A stretch of 64,000 nucleotides of DNA. Origin: Lytechinus pictus. Its lineage: Eukaryota. The stretch covers positions 16,804,001 to 16,868,000 of the forward strand of contig NC_087250.1 in assembly GCF_037042905.1 (NCBI RefSeq), read 5' to 3'. The position numbers and the translations under genes are program-made. The notes under the pieces are model-generated. The model saw only the letters and a list, made by a program, of their open reading frames with translations, was not told where the DNA came from and did not search any database. Shown piece after piece: positions 35,915 to 48,711 of the stretch. Each line of letters opens with the position of its first letter. The first letter of the stretch is position 1.

Positions 35915-38900
35915 GTAAGTTAAAACGGTACCGTGGCAGCATAATTTCAAAGATTTGGACTAATTCCCAGATTCCCCCAAATTATTTAGGTCAGGAATTT
36001 ATCATTCTTAATTTCATACCTTGACTTATTTCCAGGACCAGGGTTATCTGTTGAGTGTTGTAGTATTTTCTTTATCAAAAATCTGTTGACTCTATGCGCG
36101 GAGGATCGAATTATGCGGCGATGACCTTTTGCACTGAATTGCACTAGGACCTAATAATACTAATAGTATTCAACCTAGTGATGATATAGGCCTATAGCGA
36201 ATCTCAAAATGGTTTAGATTGCTAAACTTAAAACTAAACCACTCAAGGGTTCATTACACGCCGCCGCGCACAAAAAATCCAGCCATAGAAGTCGTGCGTT
36301 GTGGACACCAGAAGTGGGATCACAGCATGCGTGACCCACTACTCACACTAGTTAGAAACCCACTGCTAAACGCAGTTCATCATGGTGCGAGGTTGGTATA
36401 CTAAGTAATACTAAACCTCGCAATAGGTGTGAGTGAAACTAGACCTAGAATCTAGATCTATGTAAGTCTCGGGCTTTGACTGATTCCCTGTTTTTGTTAG
36501 GTCTCATCTCAAATGGTCTAGTCCATAGTCGGATGGGACAAGGGCAGATTGAGAGACAGGGCCATCTTTCATCACTAACAAGTTGGGTTGAATACAAGTG
36601 CCAAAAACCATCGCCGTATAATTTGATCGCCGTCGCACACAGTCATCGGGTTGAAGAAAAAAATAACACAAAAAGAATAAATTAACCAGCATTTGCTCTT
36701 TACAATAAAACAGGTCTGAAATTAAGGTAAATTCTATAATATATATTTGAGGAAAGTCCAAAAGGGATGAATACTAGTGCCCTTAGGGTATGTCAGTCCT
36801 GTTGCATGCCTTGGTACATGTATGCCTATTCTTAGTTTATTTTAAATTTAAAATTTGGACTTGTAAGCAGACAACAAGTCAGATTTGTCTCTCACTCAGA
36901 AAATATGATTATTCATTTATCATGTTTATTATAGATTCATTTTGGCCTGATCAAAGATTAAGAGATTTTAAAGCCTGTCTAGATCCAAGAAAACTTCATT
37001 TACTTAGTTTAGGTTTACTCAGATGAGAGTTGGCAGCATGTATTGTGAAATTTCAAAATTGGACAAGTCGGATTTGTCTCTCACTTAGAAAATGTTATTA
37101 CTCATTTATTATAGACTCATCTCGGCCTAGAACAAAGATTAAGAGACATTTTAAATCCTGTCTAGATCCAAGAAAACTTCATTTACTTTAGGTTTGCTCA
37201 GATGAGAGTTGGCAGCCTTGCACTGCAGCATGTATTGTGATTGTCCTCTCCACTAAAAATAAATGAAAAATAAAAGGACTGTAGATGTGTGTGTTGCTGG
37301 TAATAAAAATGAACTCTTGTGTGACACCAAGCCATATTCAACCATAATCGGTTAACTACATGTAGATAAGAGCCGGTGTTACTTTGATGCTTCCTCATAT
37401 TTGAATTAAAAGAAGACTCTATTTCATGTTGAAATATTTTAGGAAAGAGTGACCAAGTGCGGCTGGAAGACATCTCGGTACTAACCCTTAAACATGGGAA
37501 GATGACGACGGGAAGGAGATCAAGTCCTGTAAAACAGGTGAGGAAACGATCACGGATGATCAAGATAAATGTGGCTTATAAAGCGCCAAATCCACTCCGT
37601 AGAATGCTCAAGGCGCATAAAGAAATTTGAAGTAACAGAAAGGTTTTAAGAAATTTTTTGAAAGACTCAACAGAGATACAACTGTTGATGTCTTCAGGAT
37701 GTCTGTTCCAAAGTATGGGACCTGCATGAGCAAAGGTTCTGTCCCCCAAACTTTTGAAACTTTTGGAACCACAAGCAAACGATGTTTAAGAACGTAGAGA
37801 CCTGGTAAGGCAGTGGACCAATCATGGATGATCAAGATTTGGGGATGACAATAGTCGACTTCTATTAAGGGGGAATCCAGGCAGAAAAAGATTTTATATA
37901 TCTGCATATATTATTTGAGTAAAATTCACAGAGCAAAATGATTTTTAAAAAATCATTGAAATTTGATAAGAATGGAGTTATTGAATTTCAAAGGTAGGCC
38001 TTATTTTGTGAAAAATTGTTATACATGTATGCATGTCATGAATATTCATTAGGTGAGCTGACGTCAGTTCCCACTTTCCTCTTATGTTATTTCATAAAAT
38101 AATTATTTTAGTATGGGTGTATAATACATGTACATGTATGTCTCCCTTATAATAAAGTATTGCAGCTATGTATATCTTACATGTAGGCATTGAATCAGTT
38201 GTTTATCCAATATGTTTTAATTATTGGAAGACAAAATTAGACCAAACATGCATTAAATATCATACATGTATAATAAACTACGACAGAACAAGCGGGGATC
38301 TGACATCATCAGTTTGCTCATTGAAGACATCCATAGTACTGTTTCATCATAGTAATGCAAATATTTATAATGTCTATTCTTTGTCTAATTCTGACCAAAT
38401 TTTCAGTGTTTTGTTTCTCTGATTTTTCTTTATCAGTTTAACAAAAACGTGTTTTGGATGGGAATACCACTTCAAATGGCTTTCCAAATTTTACGTTGAT
38501 GTAGATACACGAGAGGTTTCTCAAATATTTTTTCTTTTCAGCTTCAATGTGTTGGTGGTTCCGCTGCCCATGCGTTCACCCCACAGGTAGTCCAGTGTTA
38601 TAACAGAGGATCCGATGGGTATGATGTTCAGGTAAATAAACTGGGTTCCAAAAGAAACATATCAAACATTACAAGGGCACTGCACAAATTCCACTCGGTA
38701 AAAATGAAGATGCTAGCTTCGATAATCATTTTAAGTGCATGTCAATAATTGAGAGATTGGTTCATTCACAGAGAGGCTATGTATGTGCTTAGAAAAGATT
38801 ATTGAAGCTAGTACATGTAGCATGTGTAGAAATATTGTTCATTTTGACTACATGTAAGTGGAATTAGTGCAGTGCATTTGTAAAGTTTAATAAGTTTCTT

Positions 38901-41900
38901 TCGGAACCAGTTATATCGTCATTGTACTTTATCAACCTGAAGCATCGCAACATGCTTAAATCCCTCAGATATATTGATGGTTTTGTCTTTACCCTAAAAA
39001 AGGAATGGGCTATTTAAGATGTATAGGGGGTATGATGGCCTCGCCGATCTTGGCCGCCATTCATGCGATCGTGCCAAAATTTGCCATGCACAGTCATTTC
39101 AACGTAACTACAAGCCAGTATAAAAACATTAAAATATGTAAATTTATTCATATAAAACCTTATTTGCATATATCTAACACCGAATGTCAAATAGTGATTT
39201 TTTTTACCAGATGTCATCTTTGTACTTCTATTTCTAGAAGAAAAAAAAAGTTCAAAGCCAAATATTCAATGAATTTCTTTGTTTTTAATCTTGTGTTTTT
39301 CATTGAAAATTATTTCTGACCATAACTAAATTTAGCCCTATTATAGTTAAGCATACCAATAAGAATGGAAAAATAATTACCCCTTTATGAATTTCATCTC
39401 CTGTTGACTTTGTACACAAAGTATAAACATGAGCAATTTTCCGCATTACATTGTCTCGCAAAAAGCAACTTGGTGTCGCAATGCTATATCCATGTCCAGA
39501 AATTGGTTTCGAAAGTTGCTCAAGACTCCAAAGGATAAACTTGTCCATTCCTTTAATGATCACACAAATTGTCCAAGGAGGGAGGGGGGCATCATGCCCA
39601 CCCCCAGTTCTGATTGACTTTGTTCTCCTTTTGTTAATTTCAGTGGGAATGTAAGACAGACATGGATAACGCCTATCGCTTTGGTCAGATCGAGGTCATT
39701 TGCGAAGGATACTCCTCACCAGACGATGAATACATTCTCAAAGGATCGTGTGGCGTAAGTTGTGGACAATCGAATCCAGATTTGCAACTCTTTAGGGTGT
39801 TGCAAGAAAATATTTTCAATCTGTCGCAAACTTCTTTGGCAATTTAATATGAGAGATGATTTTTCAACTATAGCAAACCAGTTTACATTCTTTGTAACAA
39901 AAGGCAGATATTTAGTAATGAAGTTGAAATTTGCAATTAATTGCCACAGTTATGGGTGATATTGAGATCCAAATAGATAAATTTGCTATTGATTACATGT
40001 CTCTTGCATCACAGCGTAACATACAGACCATGTTTTTATGCCTCTGCCAACTGTAGATAGATAGATAGATAGATAGATACATGTAGGTAGATAGATAGAA
40101 AGAAATAATTTTTATGCCTCTGCCAACTATAGATAGATAGATAGATAGAAAGATAGAAAGATAGATACATGTAGATAGAAGGTATAAAAAGAAATAATTT
40201 TTATGCCTCTGCCAACTATAGATAGATAGATAGATAGACATATTTTAATGATAATTTCATATTAACGCTGCAAAGAAAATTACTGGTTTTGTCTCCATAT
40301 TAACAATTTTAATCCTTAGGATTACCGATTTGTGCTCTTGAAGGTTGCCGTCTTTGCATCATGCAAAAACTTTAAAGCAGATAAGAACTAATAGTACCAT
40401 CTCGAGTCCTCAACTACTCATACCTGGCTAGTTTCCTGACCCATAATGCTAGTGTAGTCTAGTAATATAAACCCACTTGAATGATAACATGCTAATTAAC
40501 TACTCAATACATTTATACTGCAATGATTATGTTACCAAGTAGCAAAACAATTACTTTTCCTCTCAAAACATTTTAGTATCTCTATACAAATACAATTATA
40601 GGTCAATTTATCCTCTTTTATAGTATTAGTAGATATCTGAAAATGTGTATTTTAAGACTAGGTATTTATAACACACAGTCAATGAGAGACCACACACAGT
40701 TCACTCCCCCTTTAAATTGCTATTGGGTTCACTCTTATATCCCTGCAGCTGGAATACACACTTGAATACACAAAGGAAGGTATGAACCAGAAGAACAGTG
40801 GAGGGAGCTATCACAGTTACCATGACAATGATGATGGATCCTATGATAACTACTATAACCAAAGGTTACATGTAGTCTATAGTGGTAGACATTTCTGAAT
40901 TCTATTCCCATTATAACTCATCACGAAGTAGCTCCTTTGAACGATTTTGTTGAATTTTTCCACTTTGCGTTGTTCATAAATTTGAGATGTGCAAAATGAG
41001 ATCATCAAATTTAGAGTCTGATTAATAAATCGATGATTATTCAACTGCTCGTATTCAGCAATGGAACAAAACATTGCTTTAGAAATATGATTGTTTTGTG
41101 CAAATAGATTTATTTTTTATTCGCAATTGTACCTTAACGGTTTTAGTTTGTTTATAAAAGATGATGAATCGATGAACATTTTCGTTTGGATTGGAATTTG
41201 AATAATGAAGAAGAGCAGGGTTACAATAGTTATAATACATTATTTCATTTTGTTTATTCTGCGTTAAAAAACATTTTTTTTTAATCACTGAAAAATCACA
41301 GACATACAAATACAAATTGTTACATATATAAGAAGTGAATGTACAACGTGATTAAGTCACATGGGTTAATATGTGACCTGGGCCAGTGATAGCAAACCTT
41401 ATTGGCCCGTATTCTGAAGTCAGGTTTAACTTAGACCATGGTCTAACTCCATGCTAAAATTATGGGAAGCCAAAAGTGTCAAACATTTGTATGAATTTGT
41501 ATGTTTCTTATGTTTACTGTGCTCTTTCCTGATTCATCGATGGTGAAGACAATCATCTATTTATACTTCCTAGACAATTATTTAATGATTTGAAAGCCAA
41601 ATGAGCTGAAATGTGATATCTATACTGTCAGTGATTTATGTAACAATTGGCTATCCATACTTAAACCACAACTTTAAACCTGAGTTTAATTTAAACCCGA
41701 CTTCAGAATATGGGCCATACTGAAAACAAAACATACACAAATAAACGAGCAAGTCCTAGATTTTACCAGCCGATGAAAGCATGAAACAAGAGATTGAAAG
41801 TGGCATTCACCAGGGTGCAGTCTTTGCACCAATTTTGTTTTTACTGTTTCAGGCAGTATGTTATCAAAACACTGGCTATTGTATTAAACACACAACGCAG

Positions 41901-44900
41901 ACACACACTGTGATCAAACTGTTAATACACTGTAACACTATGAACACACTGTAAGCAGACTGAACACACTGTAATACGGGCCATTATGTCTAGCCCTGTC
42001 AGCTTCATCTCTTTAATACTTTATGCATCCCCTATGATGAAACAAACAGTAGTGCATTATATTCTTGTCTTTTTATCTTGCAGCCGGCAGAAATCTTGGA
42101 AGGCAGATTGGTTGTTCCTGGCCATTGTTGCAGTCTTGATGTACGTTATCTACAGAACCTGCATTGCCAGTACACCCACTGAATATCCTTTGTGTTCAAT
42201 CGAATTTACTCCTCTGGATTCTAGATTTCAAAGAGCTGTAGTTGATAATTTGTCAATTTATAAAGTGCAGTTACTATATGCATGTACTCTACTGCTCTGG
42301 GCTGCCATATACCAGTAGTCGTTGTTAAAAGCGTTCAAGGAATAAATCCTACCAAGCACCTATTCACCTTACCTGGGTCAAGTGCAGCACAATATGGATC
42401 AACTTCTTGCCGAAGGAAACAACTCCATGGCTGGGATTCAAACCCACGATCCTCAGTTTCAAAGTCGGGAGACTAATCCACTAGGCCACACCGCTCCACT
42501 AATCAACTATTATTAGTCATCAATTATTATGACATGTTGGCCGCGTTTTGTAAATGCATAAGAATCCTTATAGCTCTGGGCTATATTTTGAGACTTGAAG
42601 TATAATGTGCACAAATGTGATTCATCCCACCTCATATAAACACTTTGGAATGTGGTGCTGAGTTTTTCACACTATATCTAAAAAGGCTTAGCTGATACTG
42701 TGCGAAAGCCAACACCCGAGTCTAATATCTCTCCATACAATTGCGGAGCTTACGTTTTCAAAACTAACTATGATTATTCCTAGTTAGTGCCAGCAAAACT
42801 GTAAAAGCAGAGTTCTAAGTTTAATATTATATGTCCAAATTGATTTTGTTTCATGCTCCATAAAGTTTCTCCAATTATATTCTAATTTATCCATACAATT
42901 GCCTATTCCTTTTATATGTTTAGTCTTGTCGAGAACTATTAATCCAAGCTAGCGAAGAAAACACACTCTTTTAAGAAAACAAATGTCGTACATTCCATCT
43001 TAACATAGATTAAATTTATGCTACAAAATTTTACATACAAGTACATGCACCTAGTTTTAGCTCATATTTAATCCAAGATAATATCCCAAATAATTGAAAA
43101 AGAGAGAAATATATATATTTATTAGGTTTAAATAGATTTTGATTTATGCTCCTTAACCCACCATCACATCGGGAACCGCTGGCAGCGATGACGGTTACCC
43201 AGGCCAGAGAGGTACAGGATTTGGGCCAGGGGGTGGTGGAGGCGCACCCCCTCCACCGGGCTTCAGGGACGATGGGTACTCCGGAGGCAGCTGTAGCGGT
43301 ACCCAAGGGCACTCATCGGGGAACACCAGGGGCGCAGGGACCGGTGGAGGGGGTCTTGGTGGGGGTGGATTCTGGACCGGTGCTGCTGCTGGGGGTCTGC
43401 TTGGGTACCTCTTTGGTGGAAACAGAAAGTAAGTTGATTTTGTTTTAATCACATCATATTTTGTAAAAATATGTTGTTTTATTACTCCAGCTTGTTATCT
43501 GTCTTATTTTGGTATTTAAGTATGAAGACATGTTGCTTCTTTACATGTATTAACACTTTATTATAATTTCAACTTTTTGCTATGGATACCTTGACTACCT
43601 TGATTTGATTCATGTAATGGATTTATTAGACTAAATTGATAGCAAACCAAGTTGTAGACATGATGGTATTTGACATTCTGAGAAAATGGTCTGTTTGTTG
43701 ATGAAGTTGATAAAAGCCACCTACATGTAGTGCCTCATTCATCAAGCTCTATCAGCATTAGAGACATCCTAATCATGAACTGCATTTCTGATTGTTGCTC
43801 ATACTGTATGATCTGTATTTGTTGATTTGATATTAAAGGGTTACTCCAGGCTGAACATAATATGATTTGAACAGATACAGAAAAAATCAGACAACCAAAA
43901 CACTGGAAATTTGATAAAAATGGGCAAGGAATAACACAGTTATGACATTCTAAAAAAATGCATTATTTGTTGAAGCAGTTCTAGGCATGTCTTCATGAAT
44001 ATTCAGTGAGCAAACTGATTGTGTCAGTCATATCCCCACTTGTTCTTTTTTATTTTATGACATGAAATTATATTAATTCAATTTTTTTTCATCAGTGAAC
44101 AAAAAAATTGGATTGATGAGTGATTTAATGCATTAGATATTTGTAGCAACATTCCTGTATTTTATTACAATGGAGATATATCATTCACACGCATGAAAAA
44201 ATGAATATTTATGATTTTTCGTAATAACATAAGAAAAGGAAGGTGGGGATGTTACATCATCAGCCCTCCTAATGAATATTCATGATGATGTGCACAACTG
44301 TTTTTCACAATAATTTTGTTATTTGTTATTAGATTTTGATGAAATTTTCATCATTTGCTTGGTGAATTTTACCCAATTTATTGAGATATAATTATTTCCA
44401 TTGAATATAACAAATTAGATTGATTTGAATCAAAGAACTGTTGTCATGTCTTGTTATTTTTTTAGTCGTGGCTATGGATACGGGGGCTACGGCAGGCCGA
44501 GGTATGGCTACACTGCTCCAAGGTACAATAGTGGATTCTCCTCAGGCTGGGGAAGCAGTAGCAGGAGCAGCGGTTTCTCAGGGTTTGGTGGTGGGGGAAG
44601 TTCAGGCACAAGAACTGCTTCAGGTATGTACACAGAACTTGTTTTTTTTGTGGGCCTTGCAAGAATCTTGCAATCAATAACAATGTCTTTTGCCAATCAT
44701 ATGATTGATTTGCGGACACAATTGATTGTAATATTTCTCTTGATGCAGTAGTGCTTCTTGCAACGAGTATGAATTGATTTACTATGCTGCCGTACTTTGG
44801 CAAAAGGAAGCAAATGATAATGATAATAACGGTATATTTACCCGGGGTAGCCACTTCAGTTCCGAAAACTGTTCTCCCAGCGGGCCCTGCTATTATTATT

Positions 44901-45940
44901 ACCCGGCTAAGCTAGGCTACCTATTCAGGTGCACACAGCTTTTTGAGGAATTCCTCCCTGCCGGTACCCATTTACCTCACCTGGGTCGAGTGCAGCACAC
45001 TGTGGATGAATTCCTTGCTGAAGGAAATTACGCCATGGCTGGGATTTGAACCCACGACCCTCTGTTTCAGAGTCCGGAGACTAATCCACTGGGCCACGAC
45101 GCTCCAAATTACAAAAGTATAATTTGTTGTGAATGAGCAATGTGTGTTCGTCATTTACAAGGGCATCAATGCAACTGAACAGCATATTTTCTTCAATATC
45201 TTTCCATAGAACGATAATTTCTTCCCCAAATTTTGAATGACAGTGCAACATACAAAGCGTGTTTCAGAGACAACAATAACTCAAATTAGACTGATGTGTC
45301 ACTTGCTTCCTTTTGCCAAAGTTGGGTAGTATGGTTAAAGCATGTCTTTAGTTTTGGTGAATCTCTTAAAAAGAATGTCATTATTCCAATTCATTACTAG
45401 ATTATATCAAAGTGTGTGCCTTTAACAATGGAAAGGATGTGAAATAAAAAAAGTATGTATTTCATTGGATAGAATGACTGATTTTACATCAAAATTTATT
45501 TTGATCGAGTATATAAGTATACGTAGAGTTTAGAGTCTAGTCTTTACACTCCACATTGTGTATTTTGTTGAAGTGGTCAAATTTGGGTCTGTCCTTGCAG
45601 ACTAGTTGAGTGATGTCATGTTGGTACAATGCAAAAAATATATACATGTATTTCTATTTTGGGGGGCTTCATTTCAAAGCCTGATTCTGCTACATTCGAT
45701 AGGCTGTAACATGGCAGTGGATAGGCTTGTAACATAGTAGTGATTGGGGATTTTTCCATGGCTCTTTAATATCCAGTGAGTATTTGGGGAAAAAATCACC
45801 CGAAGCCCCTGAGTAACTTTTCCCAGGTTCCAAATGGCACTGGCCATTGGTGTGACATCATCATGAACATCATCATGAATCATTTTTTGTTCTCTCTTTC
45901 GAATTACTTTATAGGTTTTGGTGGGACGAGACGACGATGA
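35839..45940 (+). CDS. SARAF: Store-operated calcium entry-associated regulatory factor (SARAF/TMEM66), 9 coding exons, ~343 aa
   Basis: join(35839-35914,37443-37537,38542-38631,39644-39754,40749-40864,42084-42182,43168-43428,44466-44623,45915-45940) = 1032 nt. Signal peptide; LTLKHGKMTTGRRSSPVKQLQCVGG; VVQCYNRGSDGYDVQWECKTDMD; CEGYSSPDDEYILKGSCGLEYTL; single TM; PPPPGF; GFWTGAAAGGLLGYLFG; C-terminal TRTASGFGGTRRR, all characteristic SARAF motifs. Confidence 0.95.
36850..37220 (+). repeat. ~180-bp imperfect tandem duplication in SARAF intron 1
   Basis: acaagtc.gatttgtctctcact...ctagatccaagaaaacttcatttactt...gatgagagttggcagc occurs twice. Confidence 0.75.
37443..37537 (+). CDS. SARAF: SARAF exon 2
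   Basis: ttag|GKSDQVRLEDISVLTLKHGKMTTGRRSSPVKQ|gtgagg. Confidence 0.9.
38542..38631 (+). CDS. SARAF: SARAF exon 3
   Basis: ttcag|LQCVGGSAAHAFTPQVVQCYNRGSDGYDVQ|gtaaat. Confidence 0.92.
39644..39754 (+). CDS. SARAF: SARAF exon 4
   Basis: ttcag|WECKTDMDNAYRFGQIEVICEGYSSPDDEYILKGSCG|gtaagt. Confidence 0.92.
40032..40240. repeat. (GATA)n microsatellite within three tandem units
   Basis: ttttatgcctctgccaact followed by gata runs, x3. Confidence 0.85.
40371..40715 (+). repeat. Dispersed ~340-bp repeat (second copy 49382-49719)
   Basis: ttaaagcagata...gagtcctcaactactcatac...cacacagttcactcccctttaa, highly similar in both places, TTAA-bounded. Confidence 0.75.
40749..40864 (+). CDS. SARAF: SARAF exon 5
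   Basis: ctgcag|LEYTLEYTKEGMNQKNSGGSYHSYHDNDDGSYDNYYNQ-S|gttaca; weak donor but phase fits exon 6. Confidence 0.8.
41404..41716. mobile_element. PIF/Harbinger-like MITE
   Basis: GGCCCGTATTCTGAAGTC / GACTTCAGAATATGGGCC TIRs. Confidence 0.7.
42084..42182 (+). CDS. SARAF: SARAF exon 6 (TM helix), followed by U12 AT-AC intron
   Basis: ttgcag|RQKSWKADWLFLAIVAVLMYVIYRTCIASTPT-E|atatcctttg. Confidence 0.85.
   Translation, partial: PAEILEGRLVVPGHCCSLDVRYLQNLHCQYTH
42183..43167 (+). other. U12-type (minor spliceosome) AT-AC intron in SARAF
   Basis: 5' splice site ATATCCTTT; branch site TCCTTAAC at 43150-43157; 3' end ...catcAC at 43167; the join GA|A keeps the frame, and no AG acceptor lies between the in-frame TAA at 43154 and the Gly-rich coding sequence starting at 43168. 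Confidence 0.88.
42345..42497 (-). mobile_element. tRNA-derived SINE (5' part) inside the U12 intron
   Basis: Reverse complement reads GGAGCGGTGTGGCCTAGTGGATTAG...GGGTTTGAATCCCAGCCATGG (A and B boxes). Confidence 0.75.
43168..43428 (+). CDS. SARAF: SARAF exon 7 (Gly/Pro-rich cytosolic)
   Basis: SGTAGSDDGYPGQRG...APPPPGFRDD...GGFWTGAAAGGLLGYLFGGNR|gtaagt. Confidence 0.88.
44466..44623 (+). CDS. SARAF: SARAF exon 8
   Basis: tttag|RGYGYGGYGRPRYGY...GGSSGTRTAS-G|gtatgt. Confidence 0.9.
44820..45105 (-). mobile_element. tRNA-derived SINE
   Basis: Reverse complement starts GGAGCGTCGTGGCCCAGTGGATTAG (A box) ... GGGTTCAAATCCC (B box), followed by a body and an (ATT/ATC)n-like tail. Confidence 0.8.
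45915..45940 (+). CDS. SARAF: SARAF terminal coding exon
   Basis: tatag|GFGGTRRR* conserved C-terminus. Confidence 0.9.
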
Positions 45941-46299
45941 GATATACTGGAGTCATCCATGATAGGTCAGCATTTTTATTTCAGTGTGTGTCACAATCTT
46001 CATCTGTGTGATAGCGCCCTCGCTCTATCGTTGGGTAATACAATAACGTTTATATGTGCTCTGTCTACAAGCAGGCGGTCTACTTCTCAAGCCGTATAAC
46101 ACCATCCTGGCTGAACCTATTTGGTCTACTAGCTACTGAATGGGCAGCACCATACAGGCGCAAAATATTCCCAGATCGCCAAAATCCCACTTTGACTAAT
46201 AATAATACAATGTATATATTGCCATCTATCTAGAAATATTCTATTCCGAGGCGCACAAGAAAAGACAGAATGAGAGAGTGCGGATGAGTTTTAAAGTGC

Positions 46300-46595
46300 C
46301 AGTAACTAATACTGTTAAAAGAGATAAGACTTCAAGTTAGATTTGAAGGTCTCCAGTGAATATATAATTCTTCAACGGCAAATTGTTCTAGAGAGAAGGT
46401 GCTGGGGCAGAGAAAGCTCACACACCATAATGCTACACGTGTCTTGGGAGTCTTACGAAGTTGCTGGTGTGATGATCTTAGGCTACAAGCTGTTGTATAA
46501 GGCATGACAATGTCATGTAGATATTTTGGTGCCATACCATTTAACACTCTCCAAGTGAGACAAAGTATTTGAAATTCGCTTCCGGATTGGCAACC
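46300..46595 (-). mobile_element. Degenerate CR1/L2-type LINE 3' fragment in the SARAF 3' region
   Basis: ILCLTWRVLNGMAPKYLHD...SLRSS resembles the post-RT C-terminal region of L2/CR1 ORF2. Confidence 0.6.
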
Positions 46596-46944
46596 AATGT
46601 AACTACTAATTATTTTGCTCTTTGTCAAATGAAAATATGATTCATGAACAGTTTAGCTAGTCGTATAGACTATTATATGTTAGACAAAGTGGATATTAGA
46701 TTAAATTGGTGTAGTCTAACTAGAAATAAGACAAATGGTAAATGGGCTAGAGGGAAATTATACCACTTGCTGTTGTAGACGATTTGGAATAGGACTAATT
46801 GGGAAGAGACCAAGCACCTGTTTCATAAAACTTATTACAATAAAAAAAATCCAATAACAGTTCATATGAGCTAATGAAATCCTATTATCTGATAAGCTGA
46901 TGGTAAATTTGTGAAAGGGGGCACAGATGGAAAGTAGACAATTT

Positions 46945-47385
46945 GCTAATGTATACCTAATCCTATTTCTACAAACTGATTCTCGCTTTTTTTTATAATC
47001 ATTTTGAAGAAAGCAACAACCAAAATATATCACTAGACGTGAGGACAGAAGGTAAACAAGATAAAAAGGGGATATATACCAAGTGACAATTTACTTATTT
47101 ATGATACATAATCCTATTTTCTACAAACTATTTCTTTTATTATTGCTATTGTTCGTTTTATTATAATAATTTTAAAGACAGCAACAACGGCTAAAATATA
47201 TCATTAACCGTGAGGACAGAAAGTAAAGTAGATATTCAGGGGGTGTTCACCAAGTAACAATTTACTAATTTAAGAAACATAATCCTATTTTCTACAAATT
47301 ATTTCTTTTTATTATTGCTATTATTCTTTTTAGTATAATCATTTTAAAGATACCAACAACAACTAGAATATTTAATTAACCATGC
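46945..47385 (+). repeat. Three ~150-170-bp imperfect tandem repeats
   Basis: aatcctattttctacaaa...gcaacaac...cgtgaggacagaa recurring at ~46958, 47110, 47281. Confidence 0.7.
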
Positions 47386-47514
47386 GAACATATTACAAAA
47401 TGCCTTCTGATTCTATTTGTACATTATTACATGTTATTGTGGTGGGACAATGTAAATATTGTAAACCTTTATGACATTGGTACTTCGTAAAGTTTTGTGC
47501 AGTATAAACATCTT

Positions 47515-47940
47515 GGCCCGAATTCACAAAGGTGTTTTTGAAAACCCACGGTTGAATCCATGGTTTTTAGGCTGATTTTCTGTATAAATTACGCTTAATT
47601 TAGCGCGTATTGGGCGCATGTATAAAAAATGTCCAATGCTGATGTGCGCGTTTGTCACAGTGCGCAAAATTGACGCCTGTTACCATGGTAAGATACGCTA
47701 TTTCATTTATGAGTCCACTGTTTGAAGAGTGGACTCATTAATTCAAAACAGTGGACTCATGAATAAAATAGCTTGGATAACCACGGCAACAGGTGTCAAT
47801 TTGGCGCACTGTGACATAAGCGCATCAGCATTGGACATTTTTAAATATACGCACTAAATTAAGCGTAATTTATACAGGAAATCTGCATAAACCATGGACT
47901 CAACCGTGGGTTTTCAAAACCACCTTTGTGAATTCGGGCC
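47515..47940. mobile_element. 426-bp near-perfect palindromic MITE
   Basis: GGCCCGAATTCACAAAGGTG...CACCTTTGTGAATTCGGGCC; arms pair over about 200 bp. Confidence 0.8.
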
Positions 47941-48008
47941 AGTGTTGGACCTGATTATGTTAGGTATTAATTATTATCAATTTCTGTAATATGTAATATT
48001 TTCAATAT

Positions 48009-48711
48009 TTTTGAACTAGGATTATCTTATTTTATGTCACTAAGCTTTCACTTTTGGACAATCAAGATTTGTATGGTTTTATAAGGAAAGTTATATTATA
48101 TTTACTTCAATAAATCTATTTAATAATCTACTCTTTGATTATGTCCATTATGTTTTGTACTCTTTTATTTTTTGATACAGATTAATGTGCCCCTGTGACA
48201 TGGGAAATTTGTATTTGTCATGCCCCAGCCAAATTTCATGAAACTGTTTAACAAATTCTAAAAGTCTACTCTCTGTTATCTCTCTTGTATCTTTCCTCCG
48301 TTAAGGTCGGAGATCGCTGGTATCAGTAGAAATGACTGCAGACACTTGAATAATCATGAATAATTTTGAACTAGGATTATCTTATTTTATGTCACTAAGC
48401 TTTCACTTTTGGACAATCAAGATTTGTATGGTTTTATAAGGAAAGTTATATTATATTTACTTCAATAAATCTATTTAATAATCTACTCTTTGATTATGTC
48501 CATTATGTTTTGTACTCTTTTATTTTTTGATACAGATTAATGTGCCCCTGTGACATGGGAAATTTGTATTTGTCATGCCCCAGCCCAATTTCATGAAACT
48601 GTTTAACAAATTCTAAAAGTCTACTCTCTGTTATCTCTCTTGTATCTTTCCTCCATTAAGGTCGGAGATCGCTGGTATCAGTAGAAATGACTGCAGACAC
48701 TTGAATAATCA
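48009..48711 (+). repeat. 355-bp near-identical tandem duplication
   Basis: ttttgaactaggattatc...cacttgaataatca twice; only about two substitutions seen. Confidence 0.9.

Noticed and set aside
43031..43452. Listed Pro-rich and alternative-frame ORFs
   Set aside because: Shadow frames of the Gly-rich SARAF exon 7.
45030..45105. tRNA gene on the minus strand
   Set aside because: Has A and B boxes but continues into a SINE body present in three copies in the window; it is a SINE head.
4729..45940. Functional Ca2+-signalling cluster (MS4A-like gene next to SARAF)
   Set aside because: Adjacency in an animal genome is weak evidence; no shared regulatory structure is visible and synteny cannot be tested here.
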